64,000 bases of DNA from Eledone cirrhosa (Eukaryota): positions 18,228,001-18,292,000 of the forward strand of contig OZ024741.1 in NCBI GenBank assembly GCA_964016885.1, in the 5' to 3' direction. This document shows positions 12,460 to 25,579 of this stretch, in pieces. A program made the position numbers and the translations under genes. Positions within the stretch are counted from its first letter, which is position 1, and each line of letters starts with the position of its first letter. The notes beneath the pieces were generated by a model. It was not told the origin of the DNA. It saw nothing but the letters and a program-made list of their open reading frames with translations, and ran no database searches.

Positions 12460-13287
12460 AGGTACTCTCGCTTCAAGTCCTACCTATGGTTTAATCCTCC
12501 GTATAATGAATTAGTCACTACCAAAATATCTTCTCTTTTATTTAGACTATTAGATGAGAGCTTTCCTCCCTCACACATGTATCATAGAATCTTAAATAGA
12601 AAACTGTCCGGTTGTCCACGGCAAATCTTAGTAGCTTCATTATAGAATTGAATAATAAACGCTTCGGGGAGTTTAACAAAAACAACCAGCTTGAACCAGC
12701 ACGCGTATCTAACTCCACTATTAAAACAAATAACCGATCATCTTCCCCACCCTCCACTTCGGGCTGGGATACGCTCAACCATTTTGATGAATCGAACAAC
12801 GAATGTGCGAATCAAACCCAACCTCTCCCATATCTCAAATACGACCCCAAATGCAGGAACAAGTGGTGACCCAATACACTTAGCAAGGACATACTTAGCA
12901 GGCAACCTAATAAATGTCTTCTAAATAGAAAATGTATGTATAAAACCATCGTTTACCAATGTGTGGTCAAAACTAAATTGGGAATGTGGGTGCCGCATGT
13001 GGGTGCCGCATCCAACTGTTTTAAAAATATATGGTATGTGCACACCCATCAATTTAAGAATCCCAGACTACATAAATCAAATGCCTTAGTCAAAGGAATC
13101 TAGGATTTAAAACGGGATAATATGGATTACGCACTTTCTTGGTCAGTGTTAAAATTAGCCCGCCCATACCAAAATGGGAGACGCTCCTGCAATCTTTGTG
13201 TGATAGAAGTGTTGGAGATTATGACTGGATCAGATCTGTTCAACTCTCGACATGATAGAATATTTATCTGCAACATAAGGCATTAAA
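12460..13287 (+). pseudogene. Decayed PLE ORF (RT thumb/linker plus GIY-YIG endonuclease)
   Basis: YLWFNPPYN...FPPSHMYHRILNR, then IVYQCVV...HVG...WSVLKLARPYQNGRRSCNLCVIEVLEI...CNIRH, homologous to the 53094 ORF; frameshifts and stops. Confidence 0.85.
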
Positions 13288-13850
13288 ACGTTAAATATCA
13301 CCCTGATAGCTTGGGATTAGATCCTATGTCTCCGTATCTATTCTACTTGAACTACTCACCCCTTACACCAATCTCCTTCTCACCGCCTTTATTGGTCTCG
13401 GCACCCGCTGTTGAGATATCTAATACTCATCCACCCAACTTAATCTATAGCCTTTCAACAATATCTTATCAGTTCTGGTCACTTTAGTCTCCTTTCATTT
13501 TCTCTTTTCTCTTCTTTCTTTCTCTCCCCCTCTTCCCCTATCCCCAATATATGTTTAAAGTAGATTCCTTGACGAGCCTCACTCCTCCCTCTTTGTAAAC
13601 TCCCCCTACTTACACCTCTACTGATCTTTTCATTGGTCATATTATATACATTGGTCAAACCTAGTATCTATATTTGGCATATTTATTGTAATTCATCTAT
13701 TTATTCTATACTTAATATGTTTTTGTTCATTATTTTTGTTATTTATATATTATATTTTGATTCTGAATTTCTCTTTGTCGGCAATAAGTAGAAATGCAAT
13801 ACCCATAACTAGAAATATAACCAATTTTTCTTCTTCCTTGTTAATATTTC

Positions 13851-13956
13851 GTCTCACTGACGACGTGCAATCAGACACGTAATGCAAACAAATGAACATT
13901 GTATAATGTAGTTAGCGGATGTAGACTGTTATGTAATTGTACGGAAACATATGGTA
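13851..13956 (+). ncRNA. Degenerate hammerhead 3' of the decayed PLE ORF
   Basis: CTGACGA cgtgcaat...attgtacg GAAA CATATG GTA; 8-bp stem II closing a ~65-nt insert; same strand as the ORF. Confidence 0.6.
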
Positions 13957-14040
13957 AAAATTGAACACAATAAATTTCTACTTCTGTCCACATCTTCCTG
14001 TCTAGTTTTTCCTGATTTTTACCTGGTATCATATTTAAAC

Positions 14041-14158
<118 letters not shown>

Positions 14159-14551
14159 ATACCTTTCATTTATATATATATATATATATATATAAAGGTT
14201 TACATATATATATATATATAAAGTCATAGATATATATGTGTTTTGCACCGGGTCACGTTGTGGCTCAATGAAGAATTAATAAATTAAATAATCAGAGCTA
14301 TATATTATTTTACACCTAATTCTGTTTAGATGACTGTATATCTGGTCGATTTATACATGCTGTCGAAATATTCGATAAATACTCCGTCGTAACCGCCGCG
14401 AAGGGGTTGCTTTCAGTTATTTGTCGGAGATTTCTTCATAGGAGCCTTTATTCTTATAGCTTGGTCTAATTGATTTTTTATATGGTTAATTATGCTAATT
14501 GGGAGAGGAAACGGTATATATTTCATCTGGTGATTCTATAGACATGTTTTA

Positions 14552-14623
<72 letters not shown>

Positions 14624-14759
14624 ATACTTGGGGAGGGTCATATTTGTGTAATATTGCCAGAATTAATAACAGAACACACTCACTGTTTGGACACACGATT
14701 TCATATCAAAAACCTCGCAAAACTAATATATCTATATATATATATATACATATATATTT

Positions 14760-15068
14760 GAGCAATCAGAAAATAACTGTAACGCACCCAATTGCTATAA
14801 ATAAATAATAGCCTAGTGAATCGAGTAAAACATCCCTTTTTACGGGGAAAGTGGAAAGCACCCTCTACAGAGAATCGACCTTCCTACCTTTCGATTTCTA
14901 GCCGAGTGCTCTAAACACGTTTTTCCATCCACAGGAATATTTTACCCGATTTCTAAGCTATTTATAGAAATCGACTGGTGTTTCAGTACTTTTCTGTGTT
15001 TGGGATTCCTGTAGGTTCTAAAGAATTTCAAATTACTCACCGCTTCGATAGTTTGTATAGAATGTTAC
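14760..15068 (-). mobile_element. tRNA-headed SINE-like element with inverted arm plus tail (diverged)
   Basis: Minus-strand tRNA-like segment TTTAGAGCACTCGG-CTAGAAA-TCGAA AGGTAGGAAGGTCGATTCTC (14862-14932); 14767-14837 inverted at 14934-14996; tail motif shared with 49491-49514. Confidence 0.5.
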
Positions 15069-15204
15069 ATACATATATATATATATATATAAGTTGAAAA
15101 AAATGAAAACGAAATTTCATTTCTCACTCTTAGTATGGCACTTACTTAAATGTAAGTATGTATGTATACGTACATACATATATGTATACAGACGTACAGT
15201 AGCA

Positions 15205-15284
<80 letters not shown>

Positions 15285-15288
<4 letters not shown>

Positions 15289-15633
15289 TACACATATGCA
15301 TACAGGTACACATACATATATGCACGCATCAGTTTAGCCGACGTTTATTATAACGCCTGCTTTGTTCGTTTGTTTGTCAACAAATCGAACAGCCTGAATT
15401 TATGCCATACGGTGTTAAGGCAACCACGTCACCTTTTTGATGATAGCTAACAAGCTTGAAACTAGTACATCGTTCCTGTGTCAGTGTTGAACAAAAAGGT
15501 GACGTGGTTGCCTTAACACCGTATGGCATAAATTCAGGCTGTTCGATTTGTTGACAAACAAACGAACAAAGCAGGCGTTATAATAAACGTCGGCTAAACT
15601 GATGCGTGCATATATGTATGTGTACCTGTATGC

Positions 15634-15645
<12 letters not shown>
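15285..15645. repeat. ~155-bp near-perfect inverted repeat with an HHR-like spacer
   Basis: 15285-15439 versus 15492-15645; TTGATGA tagct aaca agctt GAAA CTAG TA runs from the arm end into the spacer. Confidence 0.8.
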
Positions 15646-15683
<38 letters not shown>

Positions 15684-15700
15684 ACGCATACATACGTACA

Positions 15701-15800
<100 letters not shown>

Positions 15801-15857
15801 TATATATATATATGTATACGCATATATACGTACACAAACACACACACACGCACACAT

Positions 15858-15941
<84 letters not shown>

Positions 15942-17437
15942 TATAATGTAACCTGTAGATGTAGATGTAATTGAAGATATTTAGTTGAATGTAATATAAA
16001 TACACCAACATTCTCCTGCATATATAATTATAACTTCAGAGACATTTGACAGATGAGTTCTGTTGTACTGCTTGAACAATAGAACAGATAGAGAGGAGGA
16101 GGAGGAGGAGGAGGAGGAGGAGGCGGAGAGGGGGGATAGTGGTGGCGGTGGTGCAGCTGATGGGGATGATGATGATGAGTATGAATAGGAAGAAGACGGC
16201 GACGAGAAAAGGGGGAGGTGGAGTGGAATAAGATATAGAGATGGTGATGATGAGAAGAAGAAGAAGAAGAAGAGAACGAGAGAAAGTTAATGAAAAATTA
16301 GTGAGGGGGATAGAAAGAGGAGAATGAAGAATCCAAAGAAGGAGAAGAATGAATGAAGAATAAATAGAAAGAGAGAAAGAAAGAAAGAAAGAAAGAAAGA
16401 ACAGAATTCAACAAAAAAAAAAGACGAAGAAAAACGAAATGAAGAGAATTTAAAAAAATAAGAAAATTAAAAATAAGAGGAAAATGCCAAAATGTTTCCG
16501 TGTAAATTGTGTGTGTGCCACATATCAAATTGCTACTCGGTAAAGATCGTATATCATCGTTATGTTTCGTATTACCATTTATTTTTCTTACTCTTCCTTT
16601 CGTTGTCTCTTTTCAACAAAAATTTACGCTGCAACTTATTGTCACATTTTTCACATTCCACTTCTGTCATCTCTTGTTTCTCGTCTCTGTCATTCTTTAT
16701 TTTATCATATATGAACTACATAGTTCATTCTTTTATTTTATGATGGATTCTGTCCGTAAACTCTAGACCGCAGCCCTTCTCACTAACACAAAAGAACTTA
16801 CCACTCCTATCCTACACAATATATTCACCCAGTACTACCTAAGAAATATGTTTTAGATTTTGCAACACATGCAGCTTCTCGCATGTGCAAAGGTCACAGC
16901 TATGAGCTGTGGAAATAAGGAAGAACCGTGTCGAGAATTATTCTAGTTAAACTAGTTTGGGGAATTTCCTAGTCCCAGAGTTCACACTCTGCGAGAAGCT
17001 ACATCTCCTTATCCTTACCAACATGATAGAAAACTCTCCTGTCCAACACCACAAAACTTTCCATTCCTACCCAACATGACAAAACTCATTACTCCTACTT
17101 AAATGATACAGTTTGGTGTTACTATCTACGCAGCTTCTCACTGTGAAAAAACGATGGTTGTTTGCTCTGGAGGAACAAGGTAGGACCCTGTCGAAAACTC
17201 TCCAGGTTAAACTAGCTGGAGGAAGTCCATAGTCATCCTTGGTCCCTGAGACCATATCTGTCCCCTTTGTCTCAGTAAGAAGTTGCATATTTTGTAACAA
17301 CCAACTGTATTCTCTAAATAATAGGTTTGAACTGTCTGTCCACTGCCATTGGCTAATTTTAAGCCATTAACTGTTAACACTAACTCTACCATTGCTTCCA
17401 TTAACACGAAAACTCAGCTGCCATCCAAATACTAATA

Positions 17438-17620
17438 ACTGTTTCTACATTTGGCACAAGGCCAGCAATTACTCAGTACATTACTGGTACTTTATTTTAT
17501 CGACCCCATAAGGATGAAAGGCAAAGTTAACCTCGGCGTGATTTGAACTCAGATCGTAAAGGGACGTAACTATGCTGAGAAGCATGGCGTCCAACCCTCT
17601 ACCGATACTGCCAAACTACT
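17438..17620 (-). mobile_element. tRNA-derived SINE (dominant family)
   Basis: Matches the 1966 copy. Confidence 0.85.
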
Positions 17621-18407
17621 CTATAACATCTTACCCTTATGATGAACACGAGAATTCTTAACTAGTAGAAAAGAAAAGACTCATGTTCATCGTAGCGGTC
17701 TGTAACCACTAATTAGTCCTGCAGCAGTCAGCACTTACCAGTTACTTTAACAACAGCAAAAGATAGCAGCAGTTCACAACAGTCACTAGCTACCAATCAG
17801 AACATGTCATCTGAACCAATCAATGAAGAAGATATTCACTAAATATCCAATAAAAATCAACCTTATTTAAAAAGCTAATTTTACACATATACTAACATCT
17901 GATATTTCTGATATTATTTCCCCCTTCTATGAAACTTTAAATAATGTAATATTTAGTTAAACTATTCAAAGTAATAAATATAGATACTTTTCTTTCGTTA
18001 GTATAATCTTTTAATTATTATATTTTCTTACCAATAAAATACCATCTATAACACTAGTCAACACACTTTTTGCTGACTTAGGTTTTTTTTAGTTAATTTT
18101 GAGTCACTGATTTTCGGATCTACTTCCTCCTAACACATTAGGTTTTCATGTTTGTCTTTCGCTCAGCTATCCCATAAACAAAAGAAGCACGGATATTTTC
18201 TAACCCTCCTTGTTGGCCAAATGAAAACTTGACGTGATAGAAAAAAAGTATTGTCATTTTTAAACTCAGGAGTTCCAAATTATTCAAGAATAGGTCTCAA
18301 ACTTAGGTCAGCAGAAACAATTCAAACTATTGTTGACCAGTGTAATGTTTCCATGTTATAACTATACTCAGTTTGTCTATAGTAGATTAGTTACAGGGAA
18401 TTATGTA

Positions 18408-18597
18408 TAATTGTTTCTACATTTGGCGCAAGGCCAGCAATTACCCAGTACATTACTGATACTTTATTTTATCGACCCCGTAAGGATGAAAGGTAAAGTT
18501 AACCTCGGAGGGATTTGAACTCAGACCGTAAAAGGACGTAACTATGCTGGAAAGCATGGCGTCCGACCATCTACCGATACTGCCAATCCACCGCCTT
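18408..18597 (-). mobile_element. tRNA-derived SINE (dominant family)
   Basis: Matches the 1966 copy. Confidence 0.9.
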
Positions 18598-18809
18598 ATT
18601 ATGTATAGTAACACAGAATATTCTTAGCCTTAACAATAACTGTTTGTGTTCTAATTTTATGTTGAGTGCATTCCTTTCTCGTGTTTATAAACTCTAACAT
18701 CCGCACATATTGATATATAGTTTATAATATCGAGCATATATATAAACACACGAGAGCACGTGTGTGTGTGCGAGAGATAGATAGATAGAGATAGATAGAT
18801 AGAGAGAGA

Positions 18810-18863
<54 letters not shown>

Positions 18864-19389
18864 GTATGTGTGTGTGAAAGTTGCACATGGAAAAAATGAA
18901 CACAAATGTATGAAACTATCAAAAGCATGTATCCTCCTCGTCATCAAACCCGGGACAATGCATAATGGGAGTATTGCAGTATACTGAGCTCTGGATACAC
19001 GACAGCTTGAACAAGCCGCCGGAAAGATGCACAAGGCCCAGCACAACACCTATATATGCATATACTGCACTTTATATACAGACCATGTGTTGTGTGGTTG
19101 TAGACAGACTGGAACAGTTCGGGGCCAGCTGGGTCCACTTAATATAAACCTACTATTTCGAGAAGACATATTCGTCTCATGTTCTTGTAACTTTATTCAG
19201 ATAAAACTCTTTTATTCTATCCTATTACATTTCAATGTATCATGTACATTACATGTACATGTATTTACCCGTAACCCATACATCCTACTTAACCCTGATT
19301 ACTGAAATATTTAACGACCATTTTGAAACGGGGCCCATAACTTTAACATCTGTTGTAGGACTATTACCGTTATTTTGGGGGGGAGGGGG

Positions 19390-19840
19390 GGTATTGTAGA
19401 GTGTGGTGTAGTATGACATAGTTTGGTATGGTGTAATATAGTGTGGTGTTGTGTAGTGTAGTGGGAGTTAGTATGTTGTGTAGAGTAGTGGGAGTTAGTG
19501 TGTAGTGTGGTGTAGTAGGAGTTACTGTGTAGTGTGGTGTAGTGTGTGTGGTACGGTGTATTTGTATGTGCTGTAGTGTGATGAGGTATTGGGTACCGTG
19601 GTATAGTTGAGTGTGGTATGGTGTGTGGTGTAGTGTAGTATTGTGTAGTGTCATTTGTAGTAGTATAGTGTAGTTTGGTGTGGTGTAGTGTGGTAGGGTA
19701 TTGTGTACCGTGGTGTAGTAGAGTGTGGTATGGTCTTGTGTGGTGTAGTGTAGTGTGTAGAAGTACGGTGTAGTTTTATGTGCTGTAGTGTGGTGGGGTA
19801 TTGTGTACCGTGGTGTAGTGTGACACGGTGTAGTACAGTT
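19390..19840. repeat. Degenerate GTGTA/GTGTG pentamer low-complexity repeat
   Basis: Direct reading. Confidence 0.8.
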
Positions 19841-19935
19841 TCTATATAGGAAGATATATATAATGTTAAGTAGCAATATGGAGTTACTCTGACAAGGAAC
19901 AAGTGGAGAGTTCAGGTAACGTATGTGTGACGGAA

Positions 19936-20005
<70 letters not shown>

Positions 20006-20120
20006 CATGAGCATATATAACTTTGATAGGTTTCGGCCAGTATTGGTCCAGGCCATGTCTAACTTAATAGCACCACCTGGCGAAATAGCTGTATATATAT
20101 ATGTATATATATATATGTGT

Positions 20121-20228
20121 GTAGGAGGTGAGTTTTATTGTAGTACAATAAAGCAATGCAGATATCGGATAAGAAGCACTCTACAGTTTGTAGGACTGGA
20201 GTATACATAATATATAAGATCAAAAGAT
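20121..20228 (-). mobile_element. PLE-like tail, family F5 (also 23408-23452 and 51258-51434)
   Basis: Near-identical GTAGGAGGTGAGTTTTATTGTAGTACAATAAAGC end abutting TA/TG tracts in three places; the 51258 copy shows the inverted short arm. Confidence 0.6.
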
Positions 20229-20350
20229 GGTTAAATGAGTTCCATGTATTTTATTATGCGCATTTCAAAAACAAATATCATCATGCAATAACATTTGTGT
20301 TTTCATCAGATAAAATAGGAGGACATGATATGAAGGTTAAAAACACTTGT

Positions 20351-20408
<58 letters not shown>

Positions 20409-20530
20409 AGAAACACAGTAAACCGTGTGTCTAAAATTACAAGGGTTGAAAAACCACATTTGTTTGAAATATTTAACCAAGAAGCAGACAGAATGATAAA
20501 ATATACAAACCGCCTCAATAACCATTATAT

Positions 20531-20608
20531 CTCACGGACAGATTATCCCTAATCTGTTTCGCCCTGAGTGTGTTTGTAACAGATAATCCTGGGCTTCATC
20601 AGCGAGAG
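20531..20608 (-). ncRNA. Type I hammerhead ribozyme (F6)
   Basis: Inverted copy of the 20947 motif. Confidence 0.85.
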
Positions 20609-20946
20609 ATTCTGATTAAATGCCACAAGCACTATTTGCCAACGTTCACACAGAAAGATGAATTTGTCACCTCGTAATCTGTCCGAGAGATATAATGGTT
20701 ATTGAGGCGGTTTGTATATTTTATCATTCTGTCTGCTTCTTGGTTAAATATTTCAAACAAATGTGGTTTTTCATATATATATTTCTGCTCCCTCACAAGT
20801 TGAGCTTATTAAGTTGTGTGTGTTGACTGTTATTTCTATTTCTATTCAATACACGCTTACCACGTTTGACTCGCGGAGCACGAGGTGACAAATTCATCTT
20901 TCTGTGTGAACGTTGGCAAATAGTGTTTGTGGCATTTAATCAGAAT

Positions 20947-21024
20947 CTCTCGCTGATGAAGCCCAGGATTATCTGTTACAAACACACTCAGGGTGAAACA
21001 GATTAGGGATAATCTGTCCGAGAG
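20947..21024 (+). ncRNA. Canonical type I hammerhead ribozyme (F6)
   Basis: ctctcg CTGATGA a gccc...gggt GAA acagatta-ggga-taatctgt C cgagag; 6-bp stem I, 8-bp stem III, GUC triplet. Confidence 0.9.
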
Positions 21025-21146
21025 ATATAATGGTTATTGAGGCGGTTTGTATATTTTATCATTCTGTCTGCTTCTTGGTTAAATATTTCAAACAAATGTG
21101 GTTTTTCAACCCTTGTAATTTTAGACACACGGTTTACTGTGTTTCT

Positions 21147-21226
<80 letters not shown>

Positions 21227-21454
21227 AAAATTAAGATAAATCAAAGTGAATTTAATCTAAATCAAAATTATGGGTGTCATGCCAGAAAAGCATATTATAA
21301 GGTATCTATTTTTGAAGTTCTAGTTAACTTTATTTAGTTACCTACCTAGCTATGTGTGCTTACACACTTGTAAAAATTAACCCCTGTGATTGTTTCATAT
21401 GTTTATTTATATGTTAATCAATTTCTAGTTGTTATATATATATATATATAAATA

Positions 21455-21900
21455 AAATAGAATAACAGGAGGCTGGACTGGTGTAAATCCTTGAAAGGTT
21501 TATTATACTATGATCATTTCAATGACCGCGTTCCATATGAATCCGGTGATATCATCAGGTATTGGAATATAATAAAGGAATATATAAAAAACCATGGGTC
21601 CGAAAAATCAGAGACAGAGACAAGGAGGACGACTGACCAACTAGCTGCTCGGCCAGTCGCCCTCAAAGTGGTGGCAACTGAATCTACTAATGAATATCTG
21701 ATGAGGGGGCGAAGGCTTATAATGCACTACCACCACTCCGTCAAAGAAAAAGGGGAAGAAAGAAAGAAAGGGAGAAAGAAGTCAGTGTAAGGGTCATACT
21801 ACATTCATGCTAGAAAATGCCGCGAAAAATGCTACTCCAAAGAATCTATAATGGGTGTCTGTATGGTCTAATGTGTGAACCGAAGATTGGAACGTTAAAC
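21455..21900 (-). mobile_element. PLE 3' region, family F1, third copy, with HHR at 21505-21563
   Basis: Reverse complement of 9846-10280; begins at the internal site next to (TA)n. Confidence 0.8.
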
Positions 21901-22183
21901 TTATGTTGCGAGTTAGAGGATGAAATTAAATTAAATTAAAAATATTAAATTTCAAAATGATAAATTGAAAAATAAGTTATTAGAGAATTAAAGATTAAGG
22001 TAGCGAGTTTTATTTATTTAATGAACTTACGGAGAGAGTCTTATATGAAAAAATTTATCTCGATAAGATATTAGGATGGGATATAGAGTAAAGATTTCGA
22101 TTGGGAGTCCCAGCCAGCGCCGAGGGAGACCATCACTAATATATTAATGTCGATATAATTTTTATATCGATATTATTTGGGCA

Positions 22184-22307
22184 TCCACTGATGAGTTTAT
22201 AAGAGCCCGCTTGTGTATAAAACTATGGATTATATACAAGTTTCTACATAACCTGGAAAATATTTATCCCAAATTGTAGAAATCTTATAACGAAACGGCC
22301 GCCAGGA
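22184..22307 (+). ncRNA. Degenerate hammerhead with ~97-nt branched stem II
   Basis: CTGATGA gtttataaga [two hairpins] tcttataac GAAA C-GGCC-G CC agga; downstream tail homologous to 10335-10490. Confidence 0.65.
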
Positions 22308-22345
22308 AGGAAAGAGATATTTATTTAATAATGTCTCATATAAAA

Positions 22346-22470
22346 TAATTGTTTCTACTTTAGGCACAAGGCCAGCAATTACCCAGTACATTACTGGTAC
22401 TTTATTTTATCGACCCCGTAAGGATGAAAGGCAAAGTTAACCTTGGCAGGATTTGAACTCAGAATGGCAA
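22346..22470 (-). mobile_element. Truncated SINE inserted into a PLE tail
   Basis: Interrupts sequence that is continuous at 10360-10400. Confidence 0.8.
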
Positions 22471-22589
22471 ATACAACCAGCTATCCACGAAATACTGATT
22501 AGATAGCACCCCAAACACTAAATTGGGAAAATACTTAGGTATATCCTAATGTTTGTTGAGTGAGATGGAGTTGGTCAGAGTAAATGTAA

Positions 22590-22900
22590 TCTGAGTTTTT
22601 CGATTCGTTTACAATTATGCAAACAAGCCTAATTTTTAAAGCCATGTCAGTAGAATGAGCCCCTCATTCTTGTTCTTGTGTTGGCATGTAAACAGGACTG
22701 CAGACACTAATGTTTCTGGGTATCATCCTTCATCAGTACAGCTCACTGTTCAGTTGCCAACTGTCAGAGCTGTTTACATGCCAACACAAGAGCAAGAATG
22801 AGGGGCTCATTCTACTGACATGGCTTTAAAACTGAGGCTTGTTTGCATAATAGCAAACGAATCGAATGTTATTAGTAATATTCGAAAAACTCAGATTATA
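22590..22900. mobile_element. PLE-like fold-back insertion
   Basis: 22601-22694 inverted at 22770-22865; HHR in the spacer. Confidence 0.7.
22698..22741 (-). ncRNA. Minimal type I hammerhead ribozyme
   Basis: Minus strand: ctgta CTGATGA agg atgatac cca GAA aca-ttag-tgt C tgcag. Confidence 0.75.
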
Positions 22901-23022
22901 TTTATTGTATTCAGCCATGTAGAGCGAAACATTTTATATATATATATATATACACACTACTGTATATGTATTTATACGTACAGGTATACATATATGCACA
23001 TGCATACATACACACACATACA

Positions 23023-23126
<104 letters not shown>

Positions 23127-23175
23127 ACGAAGGAATTGTGGTAAGGAACCAGATGGATCATAACGCATCTTTTCC

Positions 23176-23342
<167 letters not shown>

Positions 23343-23343
23343 G

Positions 23344-23394
<51 letters not shown>

Positions 23395-23449
23395 GTATAT
23401 ATATAATATATCTGCATTGCTTTATTGTACTACAATAAAACTCACCTCC

Positions 23450-23550
<101 letters not shown>

Positions 23551-23989
23551 GTATATATATATATATATATATGGGTATATATATAGGTATGTGTGCATGC
23601 ATGCATATTTATGTATATGTTTCTCCGTGTGTAAAAGAAGTAGAAGTAGAGAGGTGACAGATAAAAAAGAGAGACAGAGATTATGAGGGAGGAAGGGCGA
23701 GAGAGGGAAAATTTAGAGGTTTAGTGTCAAAACTAGATGTAAGTATTAGCTGCCCCCTATATCACAGATAGCCCCCTATATCACAGATAGCCCCCTATAG
23801 CACATACACCCCCTATATCATCCAATCCTTCAACGCATATCCCCCCTCTAATACTTAACCCCGCCTCTCTACCTGAGACATACACCGCCCACCTCGCCCT
23901 TGTCACATATCAACCCCATGTTCACACCTCTCTTAATCCGGACCCCCACCCTAGTAATACCACCGTTACACTACCACCACTACACACAT

Positions 23990-24641
23990 ACACATACATA
24001 ATTACTACCACACACACACCATCTCTACCAAACACCTATACACACACACACCACCACACACACATACCACACACACACCCCACACACCCCTACACGCCAC
24101 ACACACACCTACACGCCACACACACCCCTACACACCACACACACCCCTACACACAACCCTACACACTCCTACACACACCACCACACACCCCTACACACAC
24201 CCATACACACTCCTACACACACCACCACACACTCCTACACACACCACTACACACTCCTTCACACACCACCACACACACCCCTACACACACCCCTACATAT
24301 CTTTATATCCCAGAACAAAAGCCTATTCTTATAAAACTTTATTTTTAGATTTAATTAACTTCACATTTCGTTAGTTTTAGGAGGAGGGGGGGGGGTACTG
24401 TTGTTGATGGTGTGATGTTGCTGTTTATTGTTGGTGATGGTGGTGGTGGTGGTGTTGTTAGTGGTGGTGGTGGTGGTGTTGGTGAAAACGGTGTTGTTGT
24501 AGTTGTTGGTGGTGGTGGTGTTGTTGTTGGTGTTGTTGTTGGTGTTGTTGTTGGTGTTGTTGTTGGTGTTGTTGTTGTTGTTATTTGTGGTGGTGGTGTT
24601 GTTGTTGTAGTTGTTGTTGGTGGTAGTGTTGTTGGTGGTGG

Positions 24642-24687
<46 letters not shown>

Positions 24688-24830
24688 GTTGTTGGTGGTG
24701 ATGGTGTTGCTGTTGTTGTAGTTGTTGTTGGTGGTGGTGGTGTTGGTGGTGGTGGTGTTGTTGTTGGTGATGGTGTTGCTGTTGTTGTTGTTGGTGGTGA
24801 CGTTGTTGTCGGTGGTAACGGTGTAGTGTT
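23990..24830. repeat. CA-rich then (GGT/GTT)n low-complexity tracts
   Basis: Direct reading. Confidence 0.85.
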
Positions 24831-25579
24831 GTTTTGGTGTTATTGTTATTTATATAAATGTGTGAACAATGTATTCTCCCTTACTCTCTCTCTCTATCTA
24901 TCTATCAATCTTTAACTATTTATTTATCTATCCATCTTTACCTATCTAGCTAACTATATAACTCTCGCTCACACACACATACACACACAAACACAGACAC
25001 ACAGACACACACAAACACAGACACGCACATACACACACATACACACACAAACACGGACATACAGACACACACATACACACACAAACATAGAGACACACAT
25101 GCACACACGCCTCATTATTAAATTGTAATTATCATTAGTTAATGCAGGATTAAACGATGACTGGGTTTGTTCGTTCTGTCTCAACTCAAATATAATTATG
25201 TGCCTCCTTTAGAAATCATTATTAAATACCAGTAAAATACTGAGGTCGATTTAATCGACTTCTACTTTCACAAGAATCGTTGGTCTTGTGCCTAAACTAG
25301 GAAGAATTATTATGGAGGCAGATGAAGTAGTAGAATCGATGAGAATTTATATAAGCTCGAACAGGTTCTGAGTTCAAATCCAGCCGAGGCTAACCTTTGC
25401 CTTTCATTCTTACGGGGTCGATAGAATATCGTTCCAACCCACTAAAACTATCGTAGCTGATATTCAAAGGTTTAGCCGAGTCATACTACCACTTTAATCC
25501 TGTCTGGTCATTGCGTTAGGGACACACGTGTTTGTGAAATACTCAGCCACGTACATATTTATTTAATGAATAGGTTTTA

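Larger units (their letters stand above)
20405..21150. mobile_element. PLE-like complex inverted insertion, family F6
   Basis: ~270-bp arms 20405-20675 and 20880-21150, plus a third partial copy 20676-20773 ending in TA. Confidence 0.8.

Noticed and set aside
16900-19150. ORFs at 17067-17407 and 18944-19305 as host exons
   Set aside because: No recognisable domain or clear splice-bounded frame; may be old transposon debris.
21491-21790. Repeated small ORF MKGLLYYDHFNDRVPYESG (also 10035-10244)
   Set aside because: It is the antisense reading of the F1 hammerhead region; repeat homology and RNA structure explain the conservation.
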